From Candidatus Moraniibacteriota bacterium (GTDB lineage: Bacteria; Patescibacteriota; Minisyncoccia; Moranbacterales; UBA1568), in assembly GCA_903854995.1 (NCBI GenBank), contig CAINXS010000052.1:1-55427 (forward strand): DNA of 55,427 nucleotides, in the 5' to 3' direction. Below are positions 11,567-21,555 of the stretch, piece by piece. The notes under the pieces are model-generated. The model was not told the DNA's origin, searched no databases, and was given only the letters and a program-made list of their open reading frames with translations. The position numbers and the translations under genes were made by a program. Position 1 is the stretch's first letter. Each line of letters begins with the position of its first letter.

Positions 11567-12328
11567 TCAATGCGCCCCCTCCTCGTGCCCCGTAACCGCC
11601 ATCTTGAGGAAGACGATCGTGAGGAGCGAGAATACCGCCGCCTGTACCACGCCCACGAACACCTCCAGAAGCAGGAACGGGAGCGGGACAAGATACGGGA
11701 CAAGGGAGAGCATCACGGTCAGGAGCACCTCGCCCGCGAACACGTTGCCGAAGAGACGGAACGAGAACGAGAGAATCTTCGCGAATTCACCGATAAGTTC
11801 GAGAAGGCCCACGACCATTCCGATAACGTAGGGTTTCTTCCACGGCGCGACCAGGAACTTGGAAGCGTATCCGCGTATACCGAGAGCCAGGATTCCGAAA
11901 ATCTGGACCGAGAAAACGGAGATAAGCGAGAGTGCGACGGTCATATTGAGATCAGCCGCGGGACCGCGCAGGAACGGTACCATGATGATGCGTCCCGCAT
12001 GCTCCTCATTCAGACCGACCGTCCCCGCCCCAGGAAGAAGTCCCGACCAATTCGAGAACAGTACGAAAAGAAAAATCGTAGCGACCAGCGGGAAAAAGTC
12101 CCTCGCCTGCTTTCGGTCGTGCGTGATGCTTTCGATAAAGGAAAGAAGTCCCTCAAACACGGTTTCTATCACGTTCTGCATCCCTCGAGGGACCTGCTTC
12201 GGATTCCTCGTGGAAAATACCGTCGATAAGGCCAAAAGAACGGCAACAAAAACGGCTATCAGCAGCGAATTGGTCACGGAAAACCCCGCTATCGAGAACA
12301 GTTTTTCGGCGATGATCGATATTTCCAT
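11567..12328 (-). CDS. atpB: ATP synthase Fo subunit a
   Basis: SFSFRLFGNVFAGEVLL...QAAVFSLLT. Confidence 0.97.
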   Translation of the reverse strand: MEISIIAEKLFSIAGFSVTNSLLIAVFVAVLLALSTVFSTRNPKQVPRGMQNVIETVFEGLLSFIESITHDRKQARDFFPLVATIFLFVLFSNWSGLLPGAGTVGLNEEHAGRIIMVPFLRGPAADLNMTVALSLISVFSVQIFGILALGIRGYASKFLVAPWKKPYVIGMVVGLLELIGEFAKILSFSFRLFGNVFAGEVLLTVMLSLVPYLVPLPFLLLEVFVGVVQAAVFSLLTIVFLKMAVTGHEEGAH

Positions 12329-12448
12329 ACGCTTCCCACTGCGAAATGAGGTGCTTCCACGACATTATCCCCATCAGAAGCCATTCTACGACGAAAAACC
12401 GGAACCGTCAAAGAGAGCGGAACCGGAATGTCGTATATACGCGATACT

Positions 12449-12721
12449 TCAAAGAAGCGATGCTCCGGCCGACTCGTCTTTAAAGTCAGAATCCGAAAAC
12501 TCGCTGAATGAATCGGCGATCCGAAGCGTATCTTTGGCTGGGCCGTTTTCGTCGGATTTCTTCGCCGGATGGCCGAAGTTGATATGCTCCTCACCGCTCC
12601 CCTGGCCCGTTCCCGCATCAGCCCCCCTCCCATTCATTGCAGCGGAAGACTCGGGAACCGGAAGAGCATTGTCCGACGCGCCCGACCATGCCAAACCGGA
12701 AGAATGTGTGTCCGTATCCAT
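12449..12721 (-). CDS. Hypothetical acidic protein (doubtful)
   Basis: 90-aa low-complexity ORF filling the tatD-atpB gap; no recognisable motif. Confidence 0.25.
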   Translation of the reverse strand: MDTDTHSSGLAWSGASDNALPVPESSAAMNGRGADAGTGQGSGEEHINFGHPAKKSDENGPAKDTLRIADSFSEFSDSDFKDESAGASLL

Positions 12722-12796
12722 ACGATTGTCCCTGAGTTCGTCTTAGCGTCCGTTCCAGTATACCTCAGCCGCTCGAAAAGGGAAAATAAGAAATAA

Positions 12797-13723
12797 CTAC
12801 CCGCCGATACGGAGCAACACTGTCGCGTTCCGGGTCGTTGCCCGTGCGACTTCCTCGAAAGGCACGCCCTTCACGGTCGCGATCTTCTCGGCAACCAGCT
12901 TCACCAGAAGCGGCTCGTTCCGTTCTCCCTTGTGCGGTACGGGTGCAAGATATGGACAATCCGTCTCGACGACGATCCGATCGAGCGGGACCTCACGGAT
13001 AAGCCGGTCATAGGAATCGGAATAGGTCACGATACCGTTTACACCGATCATCCATCCTCGCTCCAGGAATTTCTTCGCCGTCTTATGGCTTCCGATGAAG
13101 CTGTGGATGATTCCGCGTTTTTCCGGCATCGTCTCGTCGAACAGCGCGAGCAGGTCGTCGTACGCGTCCGTTCGAACGTGGTCGAGCTGGTTCGGCATTA
13201 CGGCCGTTCGGGCGTGATCGAGTTTGCTCGATTTTACGCCCCAGCAGTGGATCATCATCGGTTTTCCGACCTCGTTTGCCAGACGCACGAACTCGCGGAG
13301 CACGCGCTTCTGCTCGTCCTTCATCGCCGAGACGTCGTCCCCTTCCTCGAAGTGATGGTAGTCGAGCCCGACCTCGCCGATCGCCACAACATGCGAATCG
13401 CGTGCGAGTTCGAGGTACGCGTCATATTCGAAATCCTCCCCGATCGTCTTTATCTCGGTCGCCGGCAGTTCCCAATCGTTCTCGTCGTCGCGATGCTCGA
13501 ACGACCGCTTCCGGAGCTGTATCGGGTGGAGTCCGACCGCGGCATACACGCCCTTCCCCTCGTATTTCCGCGCATACTCCACCGCCCGCCGGCTTGTCGA
13601 CAGCTGTGACCCCACGTTAACCACCGATATTCCGGCGTCGAGCGCGCGACGAAGTACCTCGTCCGCATCCGCGCGAAAGGCATTAAAATTCACATGCGCA
13701 TGGGTATCGAAAAGGGAAGACAT
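12797..13723 (-). CDS. tatD: TatD-family deoxyribonuclease
   Basis: DTHAH, GLHP, AIGEVGLDY, IIHSF and ETDCPYLAP motifs. Confidence 0.95.
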   Translation of the reverse strand: MSSLFDTHAHVNFNAFRADADEVLRRALDAGISVVNVGSQLSTSRRAVEYARKYEGKGVYAAVGLHPIQLRKRSFEHRDDENDWELPATEIKTIGEDFEYDAYLELARDSHVVAIGEVGLDYHHFEEGDDVSAMKDEQKRVLREFVRLANEVGKPMMIHCWGVKSSKLDHARTAVMPNQLDHVRTDAYDDLLALFDETMPEKRGIIHSFIGSHKTAKKFLERGWMIGVNGIVTYSDSYDRLIREVPLDRIVVETDCPYLAPVPHKGERNEPLLVKLVAEKIATVKGVPFEEVARATTRNATVLLRIGG

Positions 13724-13798
13724 AGGGATACTTACAACTTACAACCGACGACGCGAAAGGATGAAAACTATGAAATATGGAATCGGGCATCTCTCATG

Positions 13799-14953
13799 CT
13801 ACCACGGTTTTCCGGATCCAGCTGTCTTCCGTCTCGCGAGAGAAAGAAGCGGGATCATTCCGACAAAAGCCATGAGCAGGCCCGAAAAACCGAGGAACGG
13901 GAGTAACGGCATCGCCGCGGAGATAAGCTGACTGCCGACGAACATGTACCCGGCCGCGCCCAGGCGCAGCAGAAGACTCCCGAGTGACAGGACGCTCGAC
14001 CGGACTTCCGCCGGAATGGCCGCATTGATGTCCACCATGATACGGGACTCGATATATCCCCGAAGGAAATGGACGAAAACGATAGACACGAGCGGAGCCG
14101 CCGCGATCCAGGTCAGGCCGATGAACGGGACCGTTGCCGTAAAAGCAAGGAAGGCCGCTGTCAGGGAAAGTTTCGGCCGCTTTCGATATGCGATCGTCCC
14201 TACCGCGACGAACAGGGTCGCAACTCCGGGAACCACTCCCCACCAGACGACCGGTAGGGCAATCTGCCGGAACAGGTCGTTATACAGCCACTTGAGACTG
14301 AAAAGGAACGATCCAGAAAGAAACGAAACGACGAGCAGGTTCCGTACCATCGCTTCCGTCCTTACCGCAGCGAGACCGTCGATCGCCGTCCGAAGGACGT
14401 TCCCTCCACCGTTTCGACTTTTAGGACGATACGAGACGGAGAACGCGAAACAGGCGGCACCGATCATGGCAACCGCGGACAGAACGAATGGCAGCCGAAG
14501 ATCGGCCACGGCGGCGAAGCCACCGACCGAAAGCGCGGCAAACGACACGACCTGCGAAACCGCCTTGATATTCGGGAAGTCACGGGAAAAATCATCCGAG
14601 ACCTCATGGAGAAGCGCCGTATCGCTTCCCGAGATAAGACTCTCGCCGAGCGCGGTCACCATAAGGACGCAGAAAAAATATGCATACCCCGGAACGACCG
14701 GAAACGCGGAAAGCAGGAACGACACCGCGAGAAGGACGTACCCGAGGATGATCGACATCCGATGCGAAAACACGTCTCCGACGACTCCGGTCGGATATTC
14801 GAGCGCGATGGTCGCGACATAGTATGCTCCGAGCAACGACAGCACCTGCGACGTTTCAATTCCGCGGCTGTTGAGATAGAGGACGAAGGTCGGAATCCAG
14901 AACCGGGACGAATACAGGACCTTCACGAACATCATCTTTCGGGCATCGGTCAT
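13799..14953 (-). CDS. MFS transporter
   Basis: LEYPTGVVGDVFSHRMS and SGSDTALL motifs; about 12 hydrophobic segments. Confidence 0.9.
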   Translation of the reverse strand: MTDARKMMFVKVLYSSRFWIPTFVLYLNSRGIETSQVLSLLGAYYVATIALEYPTGVVGDVFSHRMSIILGYVLLAVSFLLSAFPVVPGYAYFFCVLMVTALGESLISGSDTALLHEVSDDFSRDFPNIKAVSQVVSFAALSVGGFAAVADLRLPFVLSAVAMIGAACFAFSVSYRPKSRNGGGNVLRTAIDGLAAVRTEAMVRNLLVVSFLSGSFLFSLKWLYNDLFRQIALPVVWWGVVPGVATLFVAVGTIAYRKRPKLSLTAAFLAFTATVPFIGLTWIAAAPLVSIVFVHFLRGYIESRIMVDINAAIPAEVRSSVLSLGSLLLRLGAAGYMFVGSQLISAAMPLLPFLGFSGLLMAFVGMIPLLSLARRKTAGSGKPW

Positions 14954-15023
14954 AGGAAATGTATCATGCGTACAGACGGGTCACCGGAGAAAAATCGAGA
15001 ATCATGAATAAAGAATCAGACAT

Positions 15024-15117
15024 TTGTCGTTCCGGACTCTCGACCGGCGAATGCGCGGTTGATCCGGAATCCATACTCCGGAATTCCTGGATCCCGGGTC
15101 AAGCCCGGGATGACGAC
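15024..15117. repeat. Palindromic repeat family B
   Basis: TTGTCGTTCCGGAC...GATCCGGAATCCA...TGGATCCCGGGTCAAGCCCGGGATGAC; its left half recurs inside ileS. Confidence 0.85.
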
Positions 15118-15125
15118 ATGACACG

Positions 15126-15551
15126 CTATTTCCGCTTCATCGCGACCGCATCAATCTCGATATCGCACCCCGGAGTTGCCGTAGCGGTGATACCGACCGT
15201 CGTCGCGGCCGGTCTCGATTCCATAAGATATTCGTTCCGTACAGCGGAAACTTTCTCGAAATCCCTTTCAAAGTGAACGAGGTACATGTTCACCTTTACC
15301 AGGTCGTTCAGATCCGCTCCGGCCTCTTCGAGAATCGCGATCATCTTATCGAATACGCACCTTGCCTGAGCTTCGATATCACCTATGCCGACAACTTTCC
15401 CCTCCGCATCCTTCGGTAACAGCCCTGGGATATAAATCGTTTCCGAGACGCCATCATCAAACCGAATCGCGGGAGTATACGCGCGACCGGACTTATACTG
15501 GTTTTTGGGAACGATGAACTCTTTTGTCATAAATTTACTCGTCAAATCCAA
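15126..15551 (-). CDS. RidA/YjgF family protein
   Basis: AYTPAI...GDIEAQAR...LVKVNMYL...PAATTVGI...IEIDAVA. Confidence 0.92.
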   Translation of the reverse strand: MDLTSKFMTKEFIVPKNQYKSGRAYTPAIRFDDGVSETIYIPGLLPKDAEGKVVGIGDIEAQARCVFDKMIAILEEAGADLNDLVKVNMYLVHFERDFEKVSAVRNEYLMESRPAATTVGITATATPGCDIEIDAVAMKRK

Positions 15552-16468
15552 GTGAAAGCGAACATCACCACAATCGGGATATAAATCAGCGCAAATGCTG
15601 TACTCACAAACACAGCCGAGGCGGCCTTTTCTGGATACACCTTCAATAGGGAGGCAAACGAAACTGAGTTCGCAGCCAACGGAACGGCCGACATGATAAT
15701 CATTACCTTGTAGATGAACTCGTCATAGAGATGGAGATATCTCATATCCATAAAAATTATTAAAGCCACGATAATCGGCCATGCTAGGAACTTCGCAATG
15801 AGAGAGATCGAGAGAAGTTTGAAATCAAATTTCATCCGACTCATACCGACAAGCCCCAATCCGACTATCATCATTCCAAGAATCGTATAGGCGGCCTTGA
15901 AATTTATCGCCATTTCTTCATAGGCAGAGCCAAGCCCAGAAAAAGCAAAATTAGCCATCACTCCGAATACGAAGGCGTATAGCGCCGGTAAACGCAGTAA
16001 TTTTTTCACGCTTTCTCTTCCGGTATGATTCCCTTTCGCGACCAGATAAAACCCAAGGGAATTTTCGAAAAAAATGACTCCGAGCGTGGCGAACACAGCC
16101 GAACTTAAAGTGTTATTTCCTAGCACAGACAAAACCACAGGTAAACCGAAATATCCCGTGTTCCCGGCACCGGCCATAAAGCCAAGAATATTCGGAGTCG
16201 AGTCGTTCCACATCCGCTTCCCAATAAGATAAAATATCAGACCCAAAACACTACATATGACAAAAAATACCACGGGCAACGAAAGCGTGATTAGGGAAAG
16301 CTCCGCTTTGAAGGTGCCATGAAATACGACGACAGGTGCAATTATATACACTAAGACGGCGGCGACCGTTTCTTTTTTGACATTCAATTTCTTTCCCGCG
16401 AGATATCCAAGACCAATCAAAACGTAAAGTGGAACGATTTTGTAGAGTAACAGAAAAAAGGTCGCCAT
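15542..16468 (-). CDS. AEC (auxin efflux carrier/malate permease) family transporter
   Basis: GNTGYFGLP, LGMMIVG and AVPLAAN motifs; AT-rich. Confidence 0.9.
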   Translation of the reverse strand: MATFFLLLYKIVPLYVLIGLGYLAGKKLNVKKETVAAVLVYIIAPVVVFHGTFKAELSLITLSLPVVFFVICSVLGLIFYLIGKRMWNDSTPNILGFMAGAGNTGYFGLPVVLSVLGNNTLSSAVFATLGVIFFENSLGFYLVAKGNHTGRESVKKLLRLPALYAFVFGVMANFAFSGLGSAYEEMAINFKAAYTILGMMIVGLGLVGMSRMKFDFKLLSISLIAKFLAWPIIVALIIFMDMRYLHLYDEFIYKVMIIMSAVPLAANSVSFASLLKVYPEKAASAVFVSTAFALIYIPIVVMFAFTWI

Positions 16469-16488
16469 ATCAATAAAAGCTACAACCA

Positions 16489-17925
16489 CTATTTCACCCG
16501 CTGGAACAGGATCTCCGTTTTTCCGGTCTCAAGAGCGGTACGGATCTTCGCGGCGGTATCGGGTAAGAACGGAACGAGCGCGACGGAAAGAAGCGCGAGG
16601 CGGTCTAATAACACGCGCATGACGCCTGTAAATTTCTCCCGATCGTTCTTCGCGAGCTCCCACGGTTTCTCCTCCTCGATATAGCGGTTCGCATCACGAA
16701 CCGTCTCCCAGATCTTTTCGAGTGCCTCGGTGAACCGGTATGAGTCGATCAGTTTCGCGACGTCATCGGGGTACGTGGGAATCTCCGCGATTTTTTTCAT
16801 ATCGTCATCGAGACCTTCCGAGAGCCGCATCACGCGCGACACGAGATTGCCGAGACCGTTCGCGAGATCGGCATTGTACTTCTCAGTCATCTTCGCCCAC
16901 GAAAGATCCCCGTCCTTCGAATACGGAAGCGCCGTAAGCAGCAGGTACCGCGCACCGTCCTTGCCGAACCGTTCCACCAGTTCCGCGGGATACAGGACAT
17001 TCCCGAGCGACTTCGACATTTTCTGTCCGTCGATGGTCAGATATTCATGCGTATAGATTTCCGTCGGCAGCGGCAGTTTCGCGGACAGGAGCATCGCCGG
17101 CCAGTAAATGGCATGGAAGCGTAAGATACCCTTCCCGATGATATGGACCCGCTTACCGTCGCCTGACCAATACTTCGCGTAGTCCGCACCGTCGTCCGCA
17201 TAGTCGAGTGCGGTGATGTAGTTCGAGAGCGCGTCCACCCAGACATACATGATCTGCGAATCATCCCCCGGCACCGGCACGCCCCACCCCTTGGCCCGGG
17301 CGACGGAACGTGAGACCGAGAAATCCTCGAGTCCCATCTCGATGAAGGACAACACCTCGTTCTTCCTGAATTCGGGTATGACCGAGAGCTCGCCCGAGAC
17401 AATCAGCTCCTTAAGTCGGGCACCATACGCCGAAAGACAGAAGAACCAGTTCTCCTCCTCGACAACTTCCGGCACGGTCAGGTGTTCCGGGCACTTCCCG
17501 TCGACCAGGTCCTTCTCGAGCTTGAATTCCTCGCAGCCGATACAATACAATCCGCGATATTTCTTCTTGTACAGATCATCGGGATTCATGGCGTTCCAGA
17601 GTTTCTTCGCGCCCGCGAAATGAATATCCTCCGTCGTGCGGATGAATCGGTCGAAGGAAAGATCGAGTGAGTTGCCGAGCGCTCGGAACGCTTCTGCATT
17701 CTCGTCGACATATTCGGCGACGGGCTTCCTCGCCTTCTCGGCACCCTGCACGTTCTTCAGGCTGTTCTCGTCGGTTCCGGTCAGAAAATACGTGTCTTCG
17801 CCGAGCACGTCGCGATGATACCGCGCGACCGCGTCGGAAAGTACCTTCTCGGACGCGTGTCCCACATGCGGAACACCGTTCACGTAGTCGATCGCGGTCG
17901 TGATGAAAAACGGTTTGGTTAGCAT
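16489..17925 (-). CDS. metG: Methionine--tRNA ligase
   Basis: ITTAIDYVNGVPHVGH, YVWVDAL and KMSKS motifs. Confidence 0.97.
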   Translation of the reverse strand: MLTKPFFITTAIDYVNGVPHVGHASEKVLSDAVARYHRDVLGEDTYFLTGTDENSLKNVQGAEKARKPVAEYVDENAEAFRALGNSLDLSFDRFIRTTEDIHFAGAKKLWNAMNPDDLYKKKYRGLYCIGCEEFKLEKDLVDGKCPEHLTVPEVVEEENWFFCLSAYGARLKELIVSGELSVIPEFRKNEVLSFIEMGLEDFSVSRSVARAKGWGVPVPGDDSQIMYVWVDALSNYITALDYADDGADYAKYWSGDGKRVHIIGKGILRFHAIYWPAMLLSAKLPLPTEIYTHEYLTIDGQKMSKSLGNVLYPAELVERFGKDGARYLLLTALPYSKDGDLSWAKMTEKYNADLANGLGNLVSRVMRLSEGLDDDMKKIAEIPTYPDDVAKLIDSYRFTEALEKIWETVRDANRYIEEEKPWELAKNDREKFTGVMRVLLDRLALLSVALVPFLPDTAAKIRTALETGKTEILFQRVK

Positions 17926-17969
17926 AAAGGATTTATTTATCGATCAATATCGAGTTCTTGAATATTCTC

Positions 17970-18098
17970 TTGTCATTCCGACCCGGAGTCCGGCGAATGC
18001 CGGAGAGTCTTCGAGACACGTCGTTCGCGAGCGACTGTGTCGAGTGGAGGAATCTGCCGAGTCACGATTCAGATCCCTCGACTACGATCGGGAAGACA
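17970..18098. repeat. Palindromic repeat family A, copy 2 (reverse orientation)
   Basis: TTGTCATTCCGACCC...GGAGGAATCTGC...AGATCCCTCGACTACGATCGGGAAGACA. Confidence 0.8.
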
Positions 18099-18115
18099 TG
18101 AATGCGCCGTGGTAT

Positions 18116-18787
18116 CTACTCATTATACGCCACGATCACGAATTCCCCTTTCACCTTGGACGGATCGGATTCGAATCGCTCTTTCACTTCGGTTACCGTA
18201 CCGCGTACCGTTTCCTCGAACATTTTCGTGAGCTCGCGTCCGAGAATGATTTTTTTTTCAGGCGCAAACGATGAAAGCAGTTCGAGATTCTTCACCACCC
18301 GGTGCGGCGATTCATAATAGACGACCGGCATATCCGACCCGGCGACAAAACGGAAAAAGGTCTCGCGTCCTTTCTTGTGCGGCGGAAATCCCTTGAAAAC
18401 GAATTCGCGCATATCGATACCGGCGACCGATACGATGGCACCCAAGGCCGACGGGCCAGGCACCGGGACGACCGGAATCCCCGCTTCGATCGCGAGCGAG
18501 ACAAGCTTGTTCCCGGGGTCGGAAAGTCCCGGCGTCCCGGCATCCGTCACGTATGCGAACGATTCCCCCGCCGAGAGACGTGAGACGAGTTCGGCGAGCT
18601 TACGATCATCGGTATGCTCGTGACACGAGATCGCCGGGACGGAAATGCCGTGCCGATCGAGGAGCCTGCGTGTCACGCGCGTGTCCTCGGCAAGCACCGC
18701 ATCGCACTCCTTGAGCGTACGAAGCGCCCGGAGTGTGATATCTTCCATATTCCCGATCGGCGTCGCGACGACGTAGAGGGTTCCCAT
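18116..18787 (-). CDS. rsmI: 16S rRNA (cytidine-2'-O)-methyltransferase
   Basis: LYVVATPIGNMEDIT, DAGTPGLSDPG, YESPHR and RELTKMFE motifs. Confidence 0.97.
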   Translation of the reverse strand: MGTLYVVATPIGNMEDITLRALRTLKECDAVLAEDTRVTRRLLDRHGISVPAISCHEHTDDRKLAELVSRLSAGESFAYVTDAGTPGLSDPGNKLVSLAIEAGIPVVPVPGPSALGAIVSVAGIDMREFVFKGFPPHKKGRETFFRFVAGSDMPVVYYESPHRVVKNLELLSSFAPEKKIILGRELTKMFEETVRGTVTEVKERFESDPSKVKGEFVIVAYNE

Positions 18788-18861
18788 ATGCGTTCAGTCA
18801 GTATCGATAAGGTCTTCCCGCTCCCCTCCCCAAGGAGAGCAGGCCGATCTCTCCGTCCCCG

Positions 18862-18894
18862 CTGTTATCTGTTATCTGTTCGATGCTATCTGTC
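18862..18894. repeat. (TATCTGT)n heptamer arm containing the peptidase stop codon
   Basis: ctgttatctgttatctgttcgatgctatctgtc. Confidence 0.75.
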
Positions 18895-20175
18895 CCCAAT
18901 CTTCAGATCCAGCATTTTCTCGAGTTTCGCCTTCTTCTTGGCATCCTGCGGACCGACGATCGCGAGGTTCAGTCGGTCGTTCCGGAAGATGTCCTGCGCG
19001 ACACGGAGTACGTCGTCCGCCGTAACCCGACTAATCATCCGGACCTTTTCCTTCGGTAGTACGATCTCGTTGCGCAGGACTTCCTGCGAGACGAGATATT
19101 CCGCCACGTCGTCGGACCCCTCGAGCCCCATCGCCATCTTGCCCTTCAGATACTCCTTGGCCTTGCGGAGTTCGTCCTCATCGACACCCTCGGTCGCGAT
19201 TTTCCGATATTCGTCGAGGATGACCAAGATCGCCTTCTCGAGATTCTCATGTTCCACGCCGCACTGCGTCGCGAGAAATCCGGCGTCATGGAAGGCTTCC
19301 ACTTCGGTGCGGACCATGTAGGCGAGCCCGCGCCGTTCGCGGACCTCCATGAAGAGCCGGCTCGACATGCCGCCGCCGAGGATGACTGAGAGGACCGCGA
19401 GTGCGTACCGGTCGGGATGATACATGTCGAAGGTCCGGACCCCGAGCAGGAAGTGCGTCTGGTCGGTCTTTTTCTTCCGGACCGAAAGTTCGGGCCCGGA
19501 CTGCCCGTCGGACGCCCTTTTGAACTCCGGACGGATTCCCTGCGCGATGACACCGAACCGTTCTGCGACCGCCTTCCCGGCCGCCTTCGGATTGATATTT
19601 CCCGCGATACCGACCACGACGTTCCCCGACACATATCCCCGTCTCATGTACCGCACGAAGTCTGACCGCCGAAACGCGCGGATATTCTCCTTGGGCCCCG
19701 CGATATCCCATCCAAGCGGCGTATCGCCGTAGAGGAGCGCCTCCCAGTCGTCGCCCACCTTGCGCATCGGCATGTCTTCGTACATGTTGATCTCCTGGAG
19801 GATCGTCCCCCGCTCGCGGTCGATCTCCTCCTGGTCCAGCTTGGCATTCAGGAACATATCCGAAACTACGTCGAGTGCGGTGTCGAAATGATGCGCCTCC
19901 ACCTTGGCGTAGTAGCCGGTATACTCCTTGCCGGTGAACGCGTTGTAGTCGGCGCCGATCGAGTCGAGTTCGCGCGTGATGTCGAGCGCGGTCGGTCGCT
20001 TTTCCGTGCCCTTGAACATCATATGCTCGAGGAAGTGTGCGATGCCGTTCTCCCTGCGCGACTCGAAGCGCGACCCGACACCGGTCATGACGAGCACCGT
20101 CACCGTCCCCGTCTCCGTCATCGGAGCGAGTATCACGCGCAGACCGTTCGGGAGGGTTGTTTTCTTGAATTTCAT
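18886..20175 (-). CDS. M16 (pitrilysin) family zinc peptidase
   Basis: HFLEH inverzincin motif, YNAFTGKE and GGGMSSRLF..VRE.RGLAY. Confidence 0.96.
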   Translation of the reverse strand: MKFKKTTLPNGLRVILAPMTETGTVTVLVMTGVGSRFESRRENGIAHFLEHMMFKGTEKRPTALDITRELDSIGADYNAFTGKEYTGYYAKVEAHHFDTALDVVSDMFLNAKLDQEEIDRERGTILQEINMYEDMPMRKVGDDWEALLYGDTPLGWDIAGPKENIRAFRRSDFVRYMRRGYVSGNVVVGIAGNINPKAAGKAVAERFGVIAQGIRPEFKRASDGQSGPELSVRKKKTDQTHFLLGVRTFDMYHPDRYALAVLSVILGGGMSSRLFMEVRERRGLAYMVRTEVEAFHDAGFLATQCGVEHENLEKAILVILDEYRKIATEGVDEDELRKAKEYLKGKMAMGLEGSDDVAEYLVSQEVLRNEIVLPKEKVRMISRVTADDVLRVAQDIFRNDRLNLAIVGPQDAKKKAKLEKMLDLKIGDR

Positions 20176-20193
20176 ACCGTTACGGAAACCGAA

Positions 20194-21198
20194 TTATACT
20201 TCACTGATGACATCAAATCCCTTCAGGCTACCCACTATCGAAAGACAGATGACCTTTTTCGCGACACCCTGCTCTTTCAGCTTTCGTGCCGTCTCATTGA
20301 AGGTCGCCCCGGACCCTACCGCATCGTCTATCAAAAGCACCGTTCCGAACGACCGCCGATCGGAAACGAATATACCGGCTCGTGCGTTTTGTATGCGATC
20401 TTCCAACGAGGACAACGTCTTCTGCGGCACGCGCACCGCTCCGACGATCTTTTCCAACCCGATTTCCGGGAGCGGACTCCGGACCGTTTTCTGCAACCCG
20501 TCCATGAGTTGCACTGTTCGTTTTACCGTAGGCGGAATATATCCGATCGCTTCGATATGATGTTTCGAGATTATCCGCTCCACATACGGCAAAACCCGCT
20601 CCGCAAGTTCCCGTATCATTCTCTTGTCCTGACTCTGCTTCGCGTACAAGAGCAACTGTCCCAGTTTCGTTTTCCCAAAAATCTCCCACGCGTAGAAATC
20701 GACGTAATATACGGCATCGACGACATCGTCATCACCGAACGTCTTCCGAAATTTTTTCGATCCGTCCAGCAGTCCGCCCTTCCGCATGTCAGCATATTTT
20801 TTCGACAGCGACACGTACTCTGCGGCTTTCTTCGTGACATCGAAGCGCCGATCCGCACACCAACGTTCGAATGCGAGCATACCCTCCAAACGCTCCCCCT
20901 GCGGCGTGACCAGGAGAAACTTTTCATCTATGATCGCCTTCGTTGCCGCATCGAGGACAGGAATATCGCGCGCGGATACGTCACGTACCGTATCAGCCGG
21001 AACATATACCACCCTCGGGGCCGACCCGATCTTCATGATAAGCCCTTCTTCGGCCAAAGCCAACAGATGCCGATGAATCATCGCCCGCTCGATATCCACT
21101 TCATCGAGCAGGTCCGAAACGGTCACCTGCTTCCTCTGTCGTATGTAGTCCAGTATCTTTTCCTTATTGGAAGCCATATTTCGTACATAAGTATACAA
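20194..21198 (-). CDS. Winged-HTH plus phosphoribosyltransferase-fold (ComF-like) protein
   Basis: N-terminal HTH (KILDYIRQ...IHRHLLALAEEGLI); C-terminal PRPP motif VLLIDDAVGSGAT. Confidence 0.8.
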   Translation of the reverse strand: MYTYVRNMASNKEKILDYIRQRKQVTVSDLLDEVDIERAMIHRHLLALAEEGLIMKIGSAPRVVYVPADTVRDVSARDIPVLDAATKAIIDEKFLLVTPQGERLEGMLAFERWCADRRFDVTKKAAEYVSLSKKYADMRKGGLLDGSKKFRKTFGDDDVVDAVYYVDFYAWEIFGKTKLGQLLLYAKQSQDKRMIRELAERVLPYVERIISKHHIEAIGYIPPTVKRTVQLMDGLQKTVRSPLPEIGLEKIVGAVRVPQKTLSSLEDRIQNARAGIFVSDRRSFGTVLLIDDAVGSGATFNETARKLKEQGVAKKVICLSIVGSLKGFDVISEV

Positions 21199-21255
21199 TA
21201 TATAGTATACTGTATACTTTATATCCGGTCAACCTCCCCCGAACGGGCCGTCTTA

Positions 21256-21362
21256 GAATCTCTCTCAAATCTCATGTCGAGAGAAAATTCCGAAATTTCG
21301 GAGTTTTCTCCGGCAAGCGAAGTCTTCGGCTTATGCACCGCGGTGAGATTTGAGAGAGATTC
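21256..21362. mobile_element. MITE-like element with terminal inverted repeats and a TTA target duplication
   Basis: GAATCTCTCTCAAATCTCA ... TGAGATTTGAGAGAGATTC, flanked by TTA on both sides. Confidence 0.7.
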
Positions 21363-21555
21363 TTACTGTTCCTTCAGTAGTCCGCTTCCTTCGGACAAAG
21401 TGCCTTGTGTATCTCTTCTTTCTTGAATATCGCGATCTGCGTCGGCTGCGCTTCTTTCGTTATCATTTATACGGACCGCACGTTCCCCAGGGTGATATTC
21501 TTGAATTTCATATCGTTACGGGAGAACAAGAAATGAGGAACTACGAATCAGGGAT

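Noticed and set aside
12289..12721. atpI/atpZ upstream of atpB
   Set aside because: No ORF here has the expected hydrophobic helices.
13168..13225. Short in-frame duplication in tatD (LDHART / LDHVRT)
   Set aside because: Only two degenerate copies, consistent with an ordinary local duplication.
19888..21426. Long + strand ORFs such as 19888..21426, 7659..9014 and 28614..30224
   Set aside because: They are antisense shadows of well-supported genes in GC-rich DNA and have no motifs of their own.
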